Positions 35,581-49,424 are shown, numbered from the whole stretch's first letter. The stretch: DNA of 63,392 bases, filler included, from Aduncisulcus paluster (GCA_024181965.1; 11 parts of 11 records of this genome joined end to end with filler, not necessarily neighbours in it), one strand, 5' to 3'. Notes: a model not told the origin generated them from the sequence alone. Program-made: numbers and translations.

Positions 35581-38500
35581 CCTCAACCTCGACATTGGTA
35601 CTAATATCTTTCTTGGCATCTTTCTCAATATCATCAAGCACAATTGGGGAAGGTATAGTCTTTGAGGACTCAATATGTAGCTCCCTGTCAGTATTTGGAG
35701 AAATATCATGGTGGGAATCTTCAACGACTTTCTCATTCTTTTCTTCTTCCTCACTCTCTTCTTTTTCTTCAACTTTCTCCTCAGTTTCAACCTCTTCTTC
35801 TTCTTCTTCTTCTTCTTCTTCTTCCATTTTCAATTCACCATTTTGATCGAGTTCACCCTCATCAATCAATTCTTGTTTCATTTCATCCATCAAATCAAGA
35901 GGCATCCGGAATTCTAAAATTGGATCTTGAGAAGCAGAAACATCTACAGTCTTTGCTACTGAGGTGACCTTCTCATCTTTCTCAAGAAGAGAGTGAGAAG
36001 ATACAACAACATGATCATCATGTATTTTTGTTGTTTCTAAAATTAGATCGGTTTGAGTTTCTTCTTCTTCTTTTTCTTCCTTTTTGTCGTCTTTTCCCTC
36101 GTATTCATGTTCCAAGGATTCAATGGTATCATCTTTTTGAGGAATACTTCTAATAATATCTTCTCCGTGCTGTGAAGCATCATAATCATCAGGAGGAGGC
36201 ATGGCTTGAGTCTGATGTTTGTCCAAATGACTTTTCGGGATAATATCTACATCTTCTTGAAGCTTTTGTAGCTCAAGAGTGGATTGAAGAGAAGGTTCGT
36301 CCTCAGCAACCTCTTGAACATCGTGAGCGTGAGTTTCCTGTGTTGTTTCTTGTCTTTTCTTGCGTTTCCTTACTTTCACTTTGACTCGCTTAAACTTTTG
36401 TTTGTGAGCGGAATCATCATCATCTTTTCCCTCATCCAAAACCTTTTCCAAGTCTTGGTCTTCCCCACTTGCATCAGACTCGTCCATTTCACCCCAAAAA
36501 TCCTCACTGATCACTTCATCATCATAATCAGTGTATGAAGAAGAATCTTCGTGGAAAAGAGTAGTTTCAGACTTGGGCATTCCATCGGTTGTCTGAATTA
36601 AAGTTGACGATATGGCCGAAGATTCAGAATATCCTGGGCCAAACTGACCATTTGCTGTCAAAGTCAACTTACTTCCTCTGGAATTCACACTGCCATCAGA
36701 ATCTGTTGTGTCACCGATATTGGTTGGAATCCTTGATGATAGCTGACCATTGAGAGATTTGTGAGAGATTGGACGGGTAAGAACTGAAATAACATACTCA
36801 TTGTCTTCCAAATCTTCATATTTCCTATCCATTTCATTCCTCCAACATGTAGAATAAGAGTCTATCAACTTTACACGACTCATATCCTCAACAATTCCCT
36901 CATTCTTGTCATATATATCTTCTTCCGCAACAGGCAATAGACCATCCTCATAATCCTCATAGTATTCAGCATCATCCCTTTCGTGTTCTTGAAGAAGAAG
37001 TGAGGAGGATTCCAACTCACCATGAAGATGATCACATTTTTGCATTTCAATTGAATGGACGACGGTGGCACTGTTAACACAAACAGCCAGAGATAAATCA
37101 TTGGAACTCACACCGTGAGAATGATCACGTCGAGAAGAAGAGCATTCAATATCATCATGGACTATCGCATCAACACAGCCAGAGTGCCAGCAACAAATAG
37201 AACTTTCAACACCCTTATTGATCCTTTGAGAATAACGCCTCGATGCACCCATTCTTGGTTCAGAAATGTATCCTTCTCCCTTTCTTTCAACCCATCCAAA
37301 GAGAGAGTCGACAGACCAGATACAAGCACGACGAAGAACACCACTCACAGCTTCACGGACACCACATGGACCCTCGCCAGCCATACTTTCGATTAGCAGT
37401 GGAATAGGAGATACGATGGAAGGAGATATATGTGTTTCATTTCTCAAAGAAGTCACAATCTCATGTAATGATGATGAACGATTGATTTGAGCTTGAGTAG
37501 ATCCAACACGAGGCGTAGAACTCTTGCTTAACTTTCCCTTTGAATGAATTCTCTTCACAGGCAAGAGTGAAGGATGGTAGTTGAACATAATCGGAAAGAG
37601 AGGCAAAGAGAAAGAAGTATTAGAGTTGGACAAGGCAGCAAGGAAGAAAGGAGAAAGGAATAATGCACGAAGGGCACTTGGAACAATAGAAATGCATTCA
37701 GAAATGACGTTAAGGAAAACACTAGATAATACAGGAGAGAAACACGTCGAACAACATGCCATCGAGCATGCTGAGGGTGCCATTGAGGAACTAATGGAAG
37801 AATCTGAGAAGGAAGACGAGGAAGAAGAGGATGAGATGGAACTGTGCATACTATTTTCAATAGAATCATACTTGTCATCCTTGGACATCTCTCCACTGTC
37901 GGACCCTTCAAATTCTTCGAGTTCATATTCATAATCATACTCGTTTATAGCACTATCTCCACCAAAATCAGCCACAGACATCGATTTCCTGCGTAATGTC
38001 CACATTACTTTCTCATTACGTTGCCATAAGCTTGGACTAGCATCAATGCAGACATCCTTTCTTGGGCATTCGCAACGAGGAGCAAGTGTAGCCAGAGAAA
38101 CGGAATGTAATGACAGAGAGATAAGCACAGAGCGAAGACTTGACAACACTGTTGAGATCTTTCCAGAGGAGAGCTTATCAACAATACCTTCTCTTCCGTC
38201 ACCAGTGTCACTCTGCCTCCTGGAAGTCTCGGCAGCAAGAATTGTGGACACCATCGTATCCCATATACCTTCAAGATCCCCAGATGAAATATCTTCCATC
38301 TCCATCCTTTCTCTGATTTCTTCACACACAATGGCACATGCCTTGGCAGCTTCCACAACTGTCATTGAAGGGAAGGGACTCAGGGATGAAGGAGGTGCAA
38401 AGAAGGGGGTCAAATCTGAAGAGAGGGGGAAAGCATTGCCTTCAACCCCTCGTTCTACCTCTTTGAGACCTTCTTCTCTCACACGTTCACTAACACCTCG

Positions 38501-39616
38501 CAAGATGGCTTCATCTACTCTTCTGCGTGCCCTTCCAGCGGCAAGATGAGACGAGAACGAAGCGGAAGAAGCTGCACCAGTATCGTCATTCTTATGCCTT
38601 CCACAGACTCTCTCATCTTCCTTGACATCAGCACACATGTCGATGCACACTCGTGCTCTATGGGAGTCAGCGTTGAAGGCGTGGCGAGGCTTTGAATCAC
38701 TCAATAGGGATAATAATGTATCACTACGCATTGATCCTGCAGAAAGGGAGGAAGAGTTTGGAGACTGTGAGGAAGTTACAGTGGGTCTTCTTGCTGATGT
38801 CTGGCTAATTCGAGAGGACATACGAGGATCATCATTGCCCGAGAGGGCTCTTGCAGTGTCATATGCTGGCTGATTGAGGGTTTCGCCACAGCAAATGTTA
38901 TGGAGGAATTCAATCAACAGAGTCAATGTTGGTGAATCAAACCTGAATGAAGCACTCTGTGAAGAATCTGCATTATATGAACCCGATTGTTTCCCAGAAT
39001 CCTTTGATATTGAACCAGGAGACTTTGGATGTAGATGTTGACTTCCATCAAGCAATTCTGATGCCTTGGATTTTATAGATGATGTGAAAGAAGACCGTCC
39101 ACTCATTCGAGAGATATCTTCAAGTTTCTTGCGTTGACGAGCCTGCTTTTTCTCAGCAACCGCTTCACGTTGCCTTTTCTCAGATCTTTCTCTTTTCTTA
39201 TTGGCCTTCATTGAAGCTTTCAACTTTTTAACGTTCTCTGAAGATTTCTTACTTCTTGAGTCAATATCCCACAAATCTTCTTCATCATCTTCCTCCTCTT
39301 CTTCTTCCTCTTCCTCCTCCTCCTCCTCTTCTTCCATCTCATCCTTGTCTTCTTGTCTTGTTCTTGTATGTTCACGACTCGATGAAGAAGCAGGACTCAC
39401 TGCACCAATCCTATCTGCAGTCGCAACCTGATCTCCATCACCGTTCATGCCTGCACCTTCCTCCAAATCCTGGGTGGGTGTTGACCTCTCTCGAATGGCA
39501 TCGGTATCCTCCCAAGCACACATATCCTCGACGCACACCCAGACACCCTCACCCTCAGCTCTGGCCCTGATACCCTCCCTTTCAGTGTCAGTCAATCGAG
39601 GAATGGAGCTTGACAC
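35581..39616 (-). CDS. Large low-complexity hypothetical protein, internal fragment
   Basis: More than 1300 open codons with Glu/Ser tracts and helical segments. No family recognised. Confidence 0.75.
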
Positions 39617-39716
39617 NNNNNNNNNNNNNNNNNNNNNNNNNNNNNNNNNNNNNNNNNNNNTTAATTAATTAANNNNNNNNNNNNNNNNNNNNNNNNNNNN
39701 NNNNNNNNNNNNNNNN

Positions 39717-41108
39717 GAGGAAGAAGAAGGTAGAAGGCGCAGAGAACAAGAGATAATTCGAAGAGAAGAGGAAGCAAGGAGAGAAGAAGATAAAAGAAGA
39801 GAAGACCAACGCGATTCATTGAGGAGGAGCGAAAGGATGGATAGAACAACCGTGGATTCAACAATGCACGGGTCAGACCTGGCCACTTCCTCCTCTTCTT
39901 CCTGGCCTGTGGGACTATTCCGTCCCAAGAAGCAACACAAGAGTTTCAGTCCACCTGCACAAGCCATTGTCCTGTATACCTTCAAAGCAAGACCTGGGAA
40001 CTCCGATGAGCTGAGTATTGAACGTGGAGAGCATGTTAATGTGTATTACCAGACTCAAGGCGGTTGGAGTGGATGTACAAGCAGTTCAGGCAGTGCTGGG
40101 ACTGTCCCTTCATCGTATATCAAGCTTATCGAAGGAGAAGAGATGAACGAAGTCGATCCCAACTTCTACAATACAACCTCAACAAGGACCACAACCGATG
40201 GAGATGCCACTTCAACCCATCATATCCAACCACCTTCTTCATCACCTCCCCGTGGCTTCAAGAAAGATACGAGGAGATCATCAAAATTATCAACATACGC
40301 TCATTCAGTTGGTCCCTCTTCTTCCTCTTCCCCTTCCTCCTCCTCTCCTTCTGGGTCTAACATAATCACAGGAATCGATCCACCAAGTTCTTTCTCATAT
40401 GTTGTGTATGGTTCTGCAGTTGCTAAACGTTCAGTCGCAGCAGCATCGAGTGAGTTGTTGTCAATCAGAGCTGGTGTCCGTTATGAAATGTTGAGTCGCA
40501 AACCCTACGATGACGATGAAAACGATGTACACCGTGAAGTGTTATTGAAGGATGAATTATCTGGCAAAGTAGGTTATGTTGGGAGAACTCTGATTAGTAT
40601 TTCGTGGAGAGACGAACCATTCCACTCTTCTTCGTATTCTAGCGGCGGAAGAGGTGGCCATCACCATGATTATCATACTTCTTCTTCCTTGGATGCAAAG
40701 TCTCAGTCCTCAAAAATGCTTTCAGATGAAGAAATTGAGTATATGATTGAAGGAGAAGTGTTTATTAAGCATCATTCACGAGGAGGTTATGCTGAAAGAC
40801 ATCTGCGCCTCGCTTCTGATTGTTCTTGTTTACTGATATCTCCTCCAGGGAAGAAATCAAAAAAGAAGAAAGGAGTGGTGATTGACCCTGAATCAGGGGC
40901 TGAAATTATTGAAATTGATCGTATTAGCTCGATAATGGTAAATCCTGAAAAGTCCCCAAATATTCTAGAAATTGAACTTGGCGAAGATAAAATTCTATTA
41001 TTGCATGGATCAACACACGATTTGGTCATGAATTGGGAAGCAATGCTATTGAAATTACATAATGAAATCATATCTATGGAAATGGAGGAAAATCCACTTG
41101 CGAAATGA
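39717..41108 (+). CDS. SH3-SH3-PH adaptor-like protein, 5'-partial
   Basis: Canonical SH3 (AIVLYTFKA...DELSIERGE...GGW...GTVPSSYI), degenerate SH3 (ELLSIRAG...GKVGYV), and a PLC-type PH domain (EGEVFIKH...ERHLRL...LVMNWEAML). Confidence 0.8.
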   Translation, partial: EEEEGRRRREQEIIRREEEARREEDKRREDQRDSLRRSERMDRTTVDSTMHGSDLATSSSSSWPVGLFRPKKQHKSFSPPAQAIVLYTFKARPGNSDELSIERGEHVNVYYQTQGGWSGCTSSSGSAGTVPSSYIKLIEGEEMNEVDPNFYNTTSTRTTTDGDATSTHHIQPPSSSPPRGFKKDTRRSSKLSTYAHSVGPSSSSSPSSSSPSGSNIITGIDPPSSFSYVVYGSAVAKRSVAAASSELLSIRAGVRYEMLSRKPYDDDENDVHREVLLKDELSGKVGYVGRTLISISWRDEPFHSSSYSSGGRGGHHHDYHTSSSLDAKSQSSKMLSDEEIEYMIEGEVFIKHHSRGGYAERHLRLASDCSCLLISPPGKKSKKKKGVVIDPESGAEIIEIDRISSIMVNPEKSPNILEIELGEDKILLLHGSTHDLVMNWEAMLLKLHNEIISMEMEENPLAK

Positions 41109-41142
41109 AATTGTGTTCTTTATATTCGATCGTTTCTAATCC

Positions 41143-42005
41143 TCAACCAATGCAAGGAAACTCGTTCTGCTGCCTATAATAAATCCCACCACGCCATATG
41201 ATGCCAATCAATATTTGGACTTTGGCATTGCCCTGTGGTGGGATAGTCACCAAAAGCTTAAAGATGGAATTCGGATATGCTTGAGAAATGGACCAAGCGT
41301 TCCGGCAAACAAAGCTCTTACAGGAGTATCCGAAATGACGTTGTGGATTCCTCCGACTGACGTTGTGGATTCCTCCTAGAACTACGTTATTCAACATCTA
41401 CCCAACCCTTTTGGAGTGTCTCCTTCCTTCGTGATGATTTCCGATGCCACATCATCCTTGTTCCTTATTCTAATCTCATCGATCGTCTCCACCTCCAATA
41501 AGGCACGATCTTTTCTTCTTTCTTCTTCGGACCATGACGAGACAGTGTTCTCATAACACAAAGGTGCCGGACTAGTCCACTTATGGACATTCCATCGACA
41601 AAAAATGTTAGGGGCAGCCAATACCATGTCTTCTTGCCGTGATGATGGCGTGTTCGGATAAACTCTTCCACTTTTTTACACAAGTCTGGGGTCAGCTTTG
41701 GGGGAACCTTGGTGTGACTTCGGATATGCTATCTCGAGATGGTGAAGAAGTCTTAAAGAACCGGTGGGATTGCCCATTACCGCACATTGAAATACCATTC
41801 CCATGAACGCTCCAGCATTTAGGGCATGGGATCGGCAGTCAGAAGAAGATGAAATGGGGAGGGCGCAAAAAAGATCTCCAGGACATTGTAGGGGAGCAGA
41901 ACCTAGCCTTGTCTTTAGGATCTGACACTGAAGCCAAACATCCCAATGTCCGATCAATCCATTTCCGTGACTGAATAACCTGCCTTCTTGATCCGTCCTT
42001 TTGAC
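41143..42005 (-). mobile_element. Degenerate LTR-retrotransposon-type integrase (rve) remnant
   Basis: Frameshifted fragments appear in integrase order: LCKKVEEFIRTRHHH (cf. xKDVxxYVRxCxxC), APNIFCRWNV (cf. PFxRWHxD), GGIHNVISD (cf. GxPxxIxSD), PPQGNAKVQ (cf. HPQxNGxVE). There are multiple stops and frameshifts. Confidence 0.5.
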
Positions 42006-42105
42006 NNNNNNNNNNNNNNNNNNNNNNNNNNNNNNNNNNNNNNNNNNNNTTAATTAATTAANNNNNNNNNNNNNNNNNNNNNNNNNNNNNNNNNNNNNNN
42101 NNNNN

Positions 42106-42858
42106 ATTGAACTGAATGATCAAAGAAAAAAAGATGAAGAAAGTCGAAAAAGGGAGAAAAGAATGAGGAAAGAAGCAAAGAGAAGAATCGAGGAAGAGCA
42201 AAGAAGAAGAGTAGAGGAAGAGAGAAAGGAAGAATCCGCAAGAAAGGTTGAAGAGATGAAGAGTAGAATTGATGCCGAAATGAAACAAAGAATGGAAAAA
42301 GAAGAATCAAGGAAGAGAATAGAAGAAAGAGAGAGAAGAAGAATAGAAGAAGAGGAGAGAAAGAGAAAACGTGAAGAAGAAGAGGAGAAAAAGAGAAAAC
42401 GTGAAGAAGAAGAGGAGAGAAAGAGAAAACGTGAAGAGGAAGAAGAATATCAAAAGAGAAAACGTGAAGAAGAGAAAGAAGAAAGGAAGAGAAAACGTGA
42501 AGAGGAAGAGATCAGGATATCACTTGAAAAGGAGAGAGTAAGAAGAGAAGAGAAAGCAAGAATGGAAGCAACAGCGAGAAAAGTTGAAGAAGAGGACATG
42601 AAAAGGAAGTCAATTGAAAAACATCCTCCCATTCAACAAATTCATGACCCCATAGTTTTTCAAGGAGGCGATCTTCTTCCACCGATTGTGGAGTCTCGGA
42701 ATTATTATATTGGCAAGGTTCACTCAATCTCTGATCTTGATAGCGTTGTGTCTCCTGATTCTGCTGGAGCCATGCACGACTCAGTCATGTCCGATGAGGA
42801 ATATTATCGTTTGTTGAATGGTCTTCGTGTTGACATGAGTGGAATTGAAGGAATATGA
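42106..42858 (+). CDS. C-terminal fragment of a protein with an ER/K charged single-helix repeat (EEEERKRKR)n
   Basis: The frame is open from the linker. 30-nt tandem units lie at about 42350-42510, and a 20-bp tandem duplication spans the stop (42836-42879). Confidence 0.7.
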   Translation: MELNDQRKKDEESRKREKRMRKEAKRRIEEEQRRRVEEERKEESARKVEEMKSRIDAEMKQRMEKEESRKRIEERERRRIEEEERKRKREEEEEKKRKREEEEERKRKREEEEEYQKRKREEEKEERKRKREEEEIRISLEKERVRREEKARMEATARKVEEEDMKRKSIEKHPPIQQIHDPIVFQGGDLLPPIVESRNYYIGKVHSISDLDSVVSPDSAGAMHDSVMSDEEYYRLLNGLRVDMSGIEGI

Positions 42859-43121
42859 GCGGAATTGAAGGAATATGAGGGGAGATCGGCAGATGTTTGC
42901 TGTTTCCAACAAATTATTATAAAATATTTACTTTAACATTTGAATTGATTGGTTCAACCAATCCTTCTTCTTCCGTTTCCGATGATTCTTCCTTTTGCTG
43001 CGGCTGGGTATCTTTATGCCAACAATGCACCGTTCATTTGAAAAAGAATAGGAAGAGGAATATTTATCGATTTGGTGAACCTCATATATCTTGATATACC
43101 CCCAGATATTCTTATCGTGAA

Positions 43122-46100
43122 TTATATATCAAAATGAGAGAAATCAATTTGTTGTGTGGAAGATCTTGAGCTCCTTCGCTTTCCAAGGTCTTCAGCCTCA
43201 TCTTTTCCAACCTCACCCTCTTCCTCCTCTTCACTATCAACGATAAATTGAGCTTTGATTACCGAAGAACGAATGCTGTGACGCCTGCACATGGTTTGAA
43301 GATCCTCATCAGTAAGAATATGGTCTTGCGAAGCCTGATCACATATATGTTCTCCAGGTTCATGTTCTTCATCGCTTGGCACGAATAATGGCTCATCATC
43401 TTGGCTTTCACTGATTTCTTCCTCTTGTTCTTCCTCACTATAATAAATTTGTCCAATTTCAAATTCATCTTTCTTACCAATTCCAATTCCAGACCCTTTG
43501 GATCCATCTTCTGAGGGTTTTGCATCCTTTTCAGCATATAGTTCATGTTTCATTTCATCATTCTTTTCTTTCGATTCAGCTTCACCTTGAACCTTTTCTG
43601 ATGGAGGGAAAATGTCACCAACAATACTCTCTATATACTCAAGTGTTGTAGACACTTGTGAAAACTCCCTCGCAAGCTCATTAACTGATCCAGAGAATTG
43701 TAATACTTTCTCCTTATCAAACTCATCTTCAGCGTCCATTTCCTTCTCTTTAATTTGAATATCACTGGTTCCACACATAGCACACAAATCTGAGACACAA
43801 ATTCGAACACACTCTCCAATTCTATCTGAAAGAATACCAGGTCCATTAAACCGAATGCTATTAATATATATCAGCCCCAAATCTCGAAATACTCCCAAAA
43901 CGGATTGATAATAGCCTAAAAATAGTCGAGTGAGGATTAATCCAAAGAATGACAATTCAGGACAGGCAGTTAAATATTTCCCCTTTGTGATTTTTGGATG
44001 TTGGAATGGGTGGTAAATGAAAGGTTGAAGGATCATAAAATAGGAAGGGATCATTTTAGCCAGAGAAGTCAGAATAGAACAAATGATAGAGGTTGATATT
44101 AAAGGAGACAGCGAAGAAGAAGACCAAAGATCATTGTTATGGAAATGAAATGATTTCACTTGATCCAGATGAGATTGACTTGGACTAATTGGAGATTTGG
44201 ATGTACTTTTATCTTTGACATCAGTCAGTTTTTCTTGATCTTCCTCTCCTTCTTCCTCTCCAAATTTTCCATCGTCAAATAGAGATTTTGTTGATTGAAT
44301 CCATACTTTAGCTTGTGTTCCAATGGATTGTCTAGAATGGCCGATGTTTTGTTGGCGCATGAATTTTTTGGGAGTAATATTCAACCCCACTTGCAGTGTT
44401 TCTCCGTCAGAATCACATCCAACTTCGATGTTGTCAGGAGATATTCCTTCATAGAGTGTTGTCAAGTGTTCTTCAAGCGAATAAGGGGCAAAATGATGAG
44501 AATGAAGATGTTCAAATATTCTGCAGAACTCTGGACGGAGATGAGAGGTTAATGAGGGTGGCAATGGACAAGAAATAGCAAGAGGCAATCGAGAATGTGA
44601 TTTTTCGGCTTCATGATCAGGCAGATGCTCTTTCCAGCGTAGTTCCCATGGATGCCAAGACAAAGAGTTGTCGGAAATACCAAAGCACAGATCAGACAAG
44701 GATAATCGAGGCGGTTCCGATGAAGGGGAAGTGGGTGGGGACAATTCAGAATATTCCGAATAGAATGGAACAGGGAATTCACTCATGGTCTTTTCGGTCA
44801 AATTAAAGCGATTGGTTTTAAAGTCACGGAAAAAGAAGGGATAAGAGTCAGGTCTTTGAAAGCTTTCATCTTCAATCTCATCTCCATGGTCTTTTTCTCC
44901 ATCTTTTTCTTCCTCTTCATCATCTTGTTGGATTTTATCTTGATGATACGGAGGAACCCATAATTCACAAGTAAAGCCAGTTCTAACGAAAGCCCATAAA
45001 CTATCAGCAACAGAAAAGTGCGATAAAAGTTGTTTGTTTAGTGCATTTTGCGATAGATCAATGATATCATCTTCTTGACGAGCCATTGCGTTCTTCTCTT
45101 CCTCATTTTTCTTTAAAAACTGTTCGATTTGTTGCATTGAAGATATTTCAGGTGTATAAATATTTGGATCAAAGAAGATATTTCCACAAGAACAACCTCC
45201 AGCACAGAGAGAAATCAGAGAAAACGGCGAGGCTCTCAATGAGAAATATGCCTTAGATCGGGTGGAATCATATTGTGAGTCAAGTGTTGGACTATCCCCA
45301 AGATCAAGCTCCTTCTCATGCTTTAAGAATGAATAAGGTATCTTTGTTTTGCATGTCGAAACATATTGAGATAACTGACAGCCAGTGNNNNNNNNNNNNN
45401 NNNNNNNACAAGAACAACCTCCAGCACAGAGAGAAATCAGAGAAAACGGCGAGGCTCTCAATGAGAAATATGCCTTAGATCGGGTGGAATCATATTGTGA
45501 GTCAAGTGTTGGACTATCCCCAAGATCAAGCTCCTTCTCATGCTTTAAGAATGAATAAGGTATCTTTGTTTTGCATGTCGAAACATATTGAGATAACTGA
45601 CAGCCAGTGAGAATTGAGAATAGTTTTTCAGTTTCGTGCATACATGATGAAAATACATTACCACTTCCTTCTACAGCTACTTCCTGGATCTCTTCCTCTT
45701 CCTTCTCTTCTTTGTGTTCTTCGTCTGCATGTGATATTTTCATATTCGGATTTGTAAAAGGTCCCTGAATTATTCTATTCATTCCTGACTTCACTTGAGC
45801 AATATCAAACATTCCATACCATCCGAAATGTTCTGGATTGGTGTCATCAAGCTCATTTAACGACGAAATGTCCATACAAACATCCATTCCATCAAGGAAC
45901 CGTTCAACATCAACAAGAGGACACAAACAAGAACTCGAAATAGGAGTTGAAAATTGTTGATAATACCGAATTAGTGTACTTTCTATTTGTGCTTGATTAG
46001 GAATAGGTTGTGGATTTGTAGAATCTTTACCATGTTCGATTATGGAATCATTTTTTCCGAGAGTTCCTGTTTTTTTCAGGATATCAATGATTCTTTCATG

Positions 46101-49100
46101 TCCAGCACCAAGACACATCCAATTCCCAACACATTCCCTCTCCAGGGATGGAGTGGGATAATGATATATTATTGTATAAATAGAGTCCCAATCATCCTTT
46201 GTTTGAGATGAATCTTTTCCTCCTCTCGGACCTTCTTCTCTTTCCCCTTTTCCCACTTCATTTCTTCGATAATCCATCTCCTTTCTCCTCTTTTCTTCCT
46301 CACACATTCCAATAACAAAGCTATTTGAAAGGTGTTGAGAGTTCTTAAGTACGTCTTGAGTCTCTAATGGCCGAAGAAGGACGAGAACAAAGGTTAGTGA
46401 GACGGGGACCTTATATACTTGATTAGAAGGATAATGAGAGAATGAAGATACATTTAAGACCTCAAAGAAACCACTATGACATGGAACAGGGCATGAATAA
46501 GAGTCAGGAATGGAAGAAGGAAGAAAAGGCGACAGTCCTTTTCCAATTGAGAAAACATTTGCTTGGAGTTGAGAATATTCATGAACCAGAGCATCGAGAT
46601 GCTTTCTACCATCAGCTTTCACCTTATCCCACTCAAAAAGAACACCGTTGAAAACTTTGATATACTCTTGCAAAATGGGAGCAAAATACATTATTGCTCT
46701 TCCAACCTGAGGAACACAGGGAACACAGGGAACAAATGGCGACGAAAGAAGTTGTTGTGTATTCCGATTATCGTCCTTGGCCCATTTCCCACTACTCCTA
46801 TCCAGAACAAATGTAGAATTTGGATCTAAGTGAGATATTGGAATATTTGAATTCTTTGATCTCCCCTGCGACCCAATTTGCCCAAGAGGTTCAGCATAAT
46901 CCATCTCTTCTTCCACAGATGGAGTCAATTCATCGTCATCCACTCCTTTTCCCTCACTCCACTCGGATACTTCATTGTCCTCGTCCCAATCATCAAAGGG
47001 AGAAATACTCACATTGTCTGCTGCTCTGTGACTACCATATCGACCTCGTCGTGACCTTCCATGATCGGCTCCTCTCCTTCTCCCAACATTTTCTTCGAAT
47101 ACACTACCTTCATCATCTTCATAAAATTCACTTTCATTTTCCTCTTCTTCTTCGACAAATTCATGATTGGTGTCATCAGGAACATAGTCTTCTCCATACC
47201 AGGCATCATCGTCAGCTTCCCCACCAAACCAATCCTCTCCGCCTACTAACGTCCGCTGGACATTGGCATTGTTTCCAACCTCATAAATAGAGTTTTCAGT
47301 TGCAGGGATATTGGTTGGAGCTGTCTGAACAGTATCGAGCTCAGGTTCGATTCCAGTGCGTCCATCACGAACTTCTCCGACACACATGTGAATAGTTCGA
47401 GCATAGGCAAATGCCTCTGAGCTGATATTCAACAATCTCTCACGCTGGAGCCTAGAATAAGTGAATACTCTGTCTTGGAAGAAAGGGGGTCTCAGCAAGG
47501 CCTGTGAAGATGGGAGAGGTGGAGAAGGAGACGAATGGGAGATAAGGAGTAGGGAAGGAATAGATAGGAATGAAGATAGGAAGGACATTCGTAGGGAAGT
47601 ATTGAATGAAGAAGGACAAAATACATCAAATAAATTGGATGTAAAATCATATTGAGTAAAGAAAGAACTCGATATTGGTAAAGAAAACGTTGAAAATGCC
47701 ATACACAAAAGATATTGATATATTACATCGACTATCAATTGTCCTTTCTTCCTTTCTTTGGTCCTAATATAGTTGTACCCATCGGAATCAATCAATATAC
47801 TTTCTTCTAGCTCCGATGAATCATCAACCTGGGTATGGCGTTCATCCTCTTCTTCATCCTCAAACTCTGCATTCAAGGAAATCTTTGGATGTTTTTTCTT
47901 TAAATATTGCGCCTCTTCTTCCTCTTCATCAAATGGTCGACATAACTGTAGGAGGGAAGCAAGGAGAAGATGAGGCGATGAAAGATAAGGAAGCAACCGG
48001 TTTGGATTCCTTGAGAAAGAACGCAAGTGAGAGAGTGAAGGAGGAGCAAACGAATGGAAAAAAGGATCTATTTTTAGAACAGAAGCATTTTGTTCAATAT
48101 CCTCATCCATTAAGTAGGAAGAAGCAGATGGGGAAGGAGACCTTGATAACGATTGTTGTTGAGAGATCAGTCTATCATTTGTAATCCCATGAGTATTCAT
48201 TATTCTTCCGGAACATAATGGAGAACCAAAACCTTCATCCTGATCATATACAAGCCTTGTCCGAGGAGAAGGAGATCTGGATGAGAGAGGAGAAGAATGG
48301 AAGATATCTCTTGAGTCTAGTCTACTCATAGCCGGACTTCCCATTTCATTTAGCCCACGCTCGATCGCTCTCTCACGTGACATTCGATTATCGCGCCCGG
48401 GTGAACCCAAGAGCCGTTCAGAGATGGCATTAATCCCATTAGAAGGACTATTACTACTGCTCCCAAAGTCACCCTCAATCCCTCCATGGATCTCTGGTTT
48501 TAACCATATTATCTCATCATTTTCCACAATTAGAGGGTGCATAATATTTCTTAATCGTCGAATAATGGTTAACACTGGTGCTGGATGGTGGATGTGATTG
48601 TTCGAGTCGACCCCAAACTTCTTTTTGATTGCCCGTTCACAAGTCACCATTCCCCAGCATTCCTTCCCACCACATGCCCCAATGCCAGAATATTCCCCAT
48701 CTTCTTCTTGAATACCTCTCCCAATGGTGACTCCAGAACCCCAAAAGAGTGAAGGATAGAGAGTTTGATCAAGGTTGGTTAATACAGATGAGGGAACAGA
48801 ATCTAAGGCTGCTTGGGCCAGAATATTGTCATATCTTGCAAAAGAACAAAGTTTTGTTTGGAATTTGTTCAAGGGAGAAATAGAATGGGATAAATATAGA
48901 GGATCTTCAGCTTGAGTACGTGAGAATATATAAAACTCTTCTTCAGCCTCTATCAAGACACACGATCCCCGAGGATCGCACTGGATCTTTGTGACATTGG
49001 AGTCAGTAAAAGGATATTCAGAGAGAATTGTACCATCAGAAATGCTCATAAAGTAAATATTCCTTGTATCAGAATAAATAAATAGCTCGTCGAAAGCAAA

Positions 49101-49323
49101 AGAATACGAGGAAGTCGAAAAGGGGAGGAAATCTAAATGAAATTTCTTTTCCTCTCCAATTGGAAGATGTTCCCACCAGTAAAATGGCACAGAAAGAGAG
49201 GTTTCAAGAGATCTATAATAATGCATTGAGGTGGAAGAAGGTAAAGAAGTTAAATATTCATCAATTTGGCGCAGTTTTTGCCGCTTTTTCTCGTTTCGAA
49301 CATCTTCATATTTCAGAGGAAAT
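43122..49323 (-). CDS. BRWD1/BRWD3/PHIP-like protein (beta-propeller remnant, ancillary/Tudor region, bromodomain), 5'-partial
   Basis: CVPQVGRAIMYF (cf. PHIP FVPQMGDEVYYF), LSWHPWEL (cf. MSPWDM), and bromodomain-like LILTRLFLGYYQSVLGVFRDLGLIYINSIRFNGPG. The frame is open from the linker. There is a duplication artefact at the 45388-45407 gap. Confidence 0.6.
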
Positions 49324-49424
49324 NNNNNNNNNNNNNNNNNNNNNNNNNNNNNNNNNNNNNNNNNNNNTTAATTAATTAANNNNNNNNNNNNNNNNNNNNN
49401 NNNNNNNNNNNNNNNNNNNNNNNT

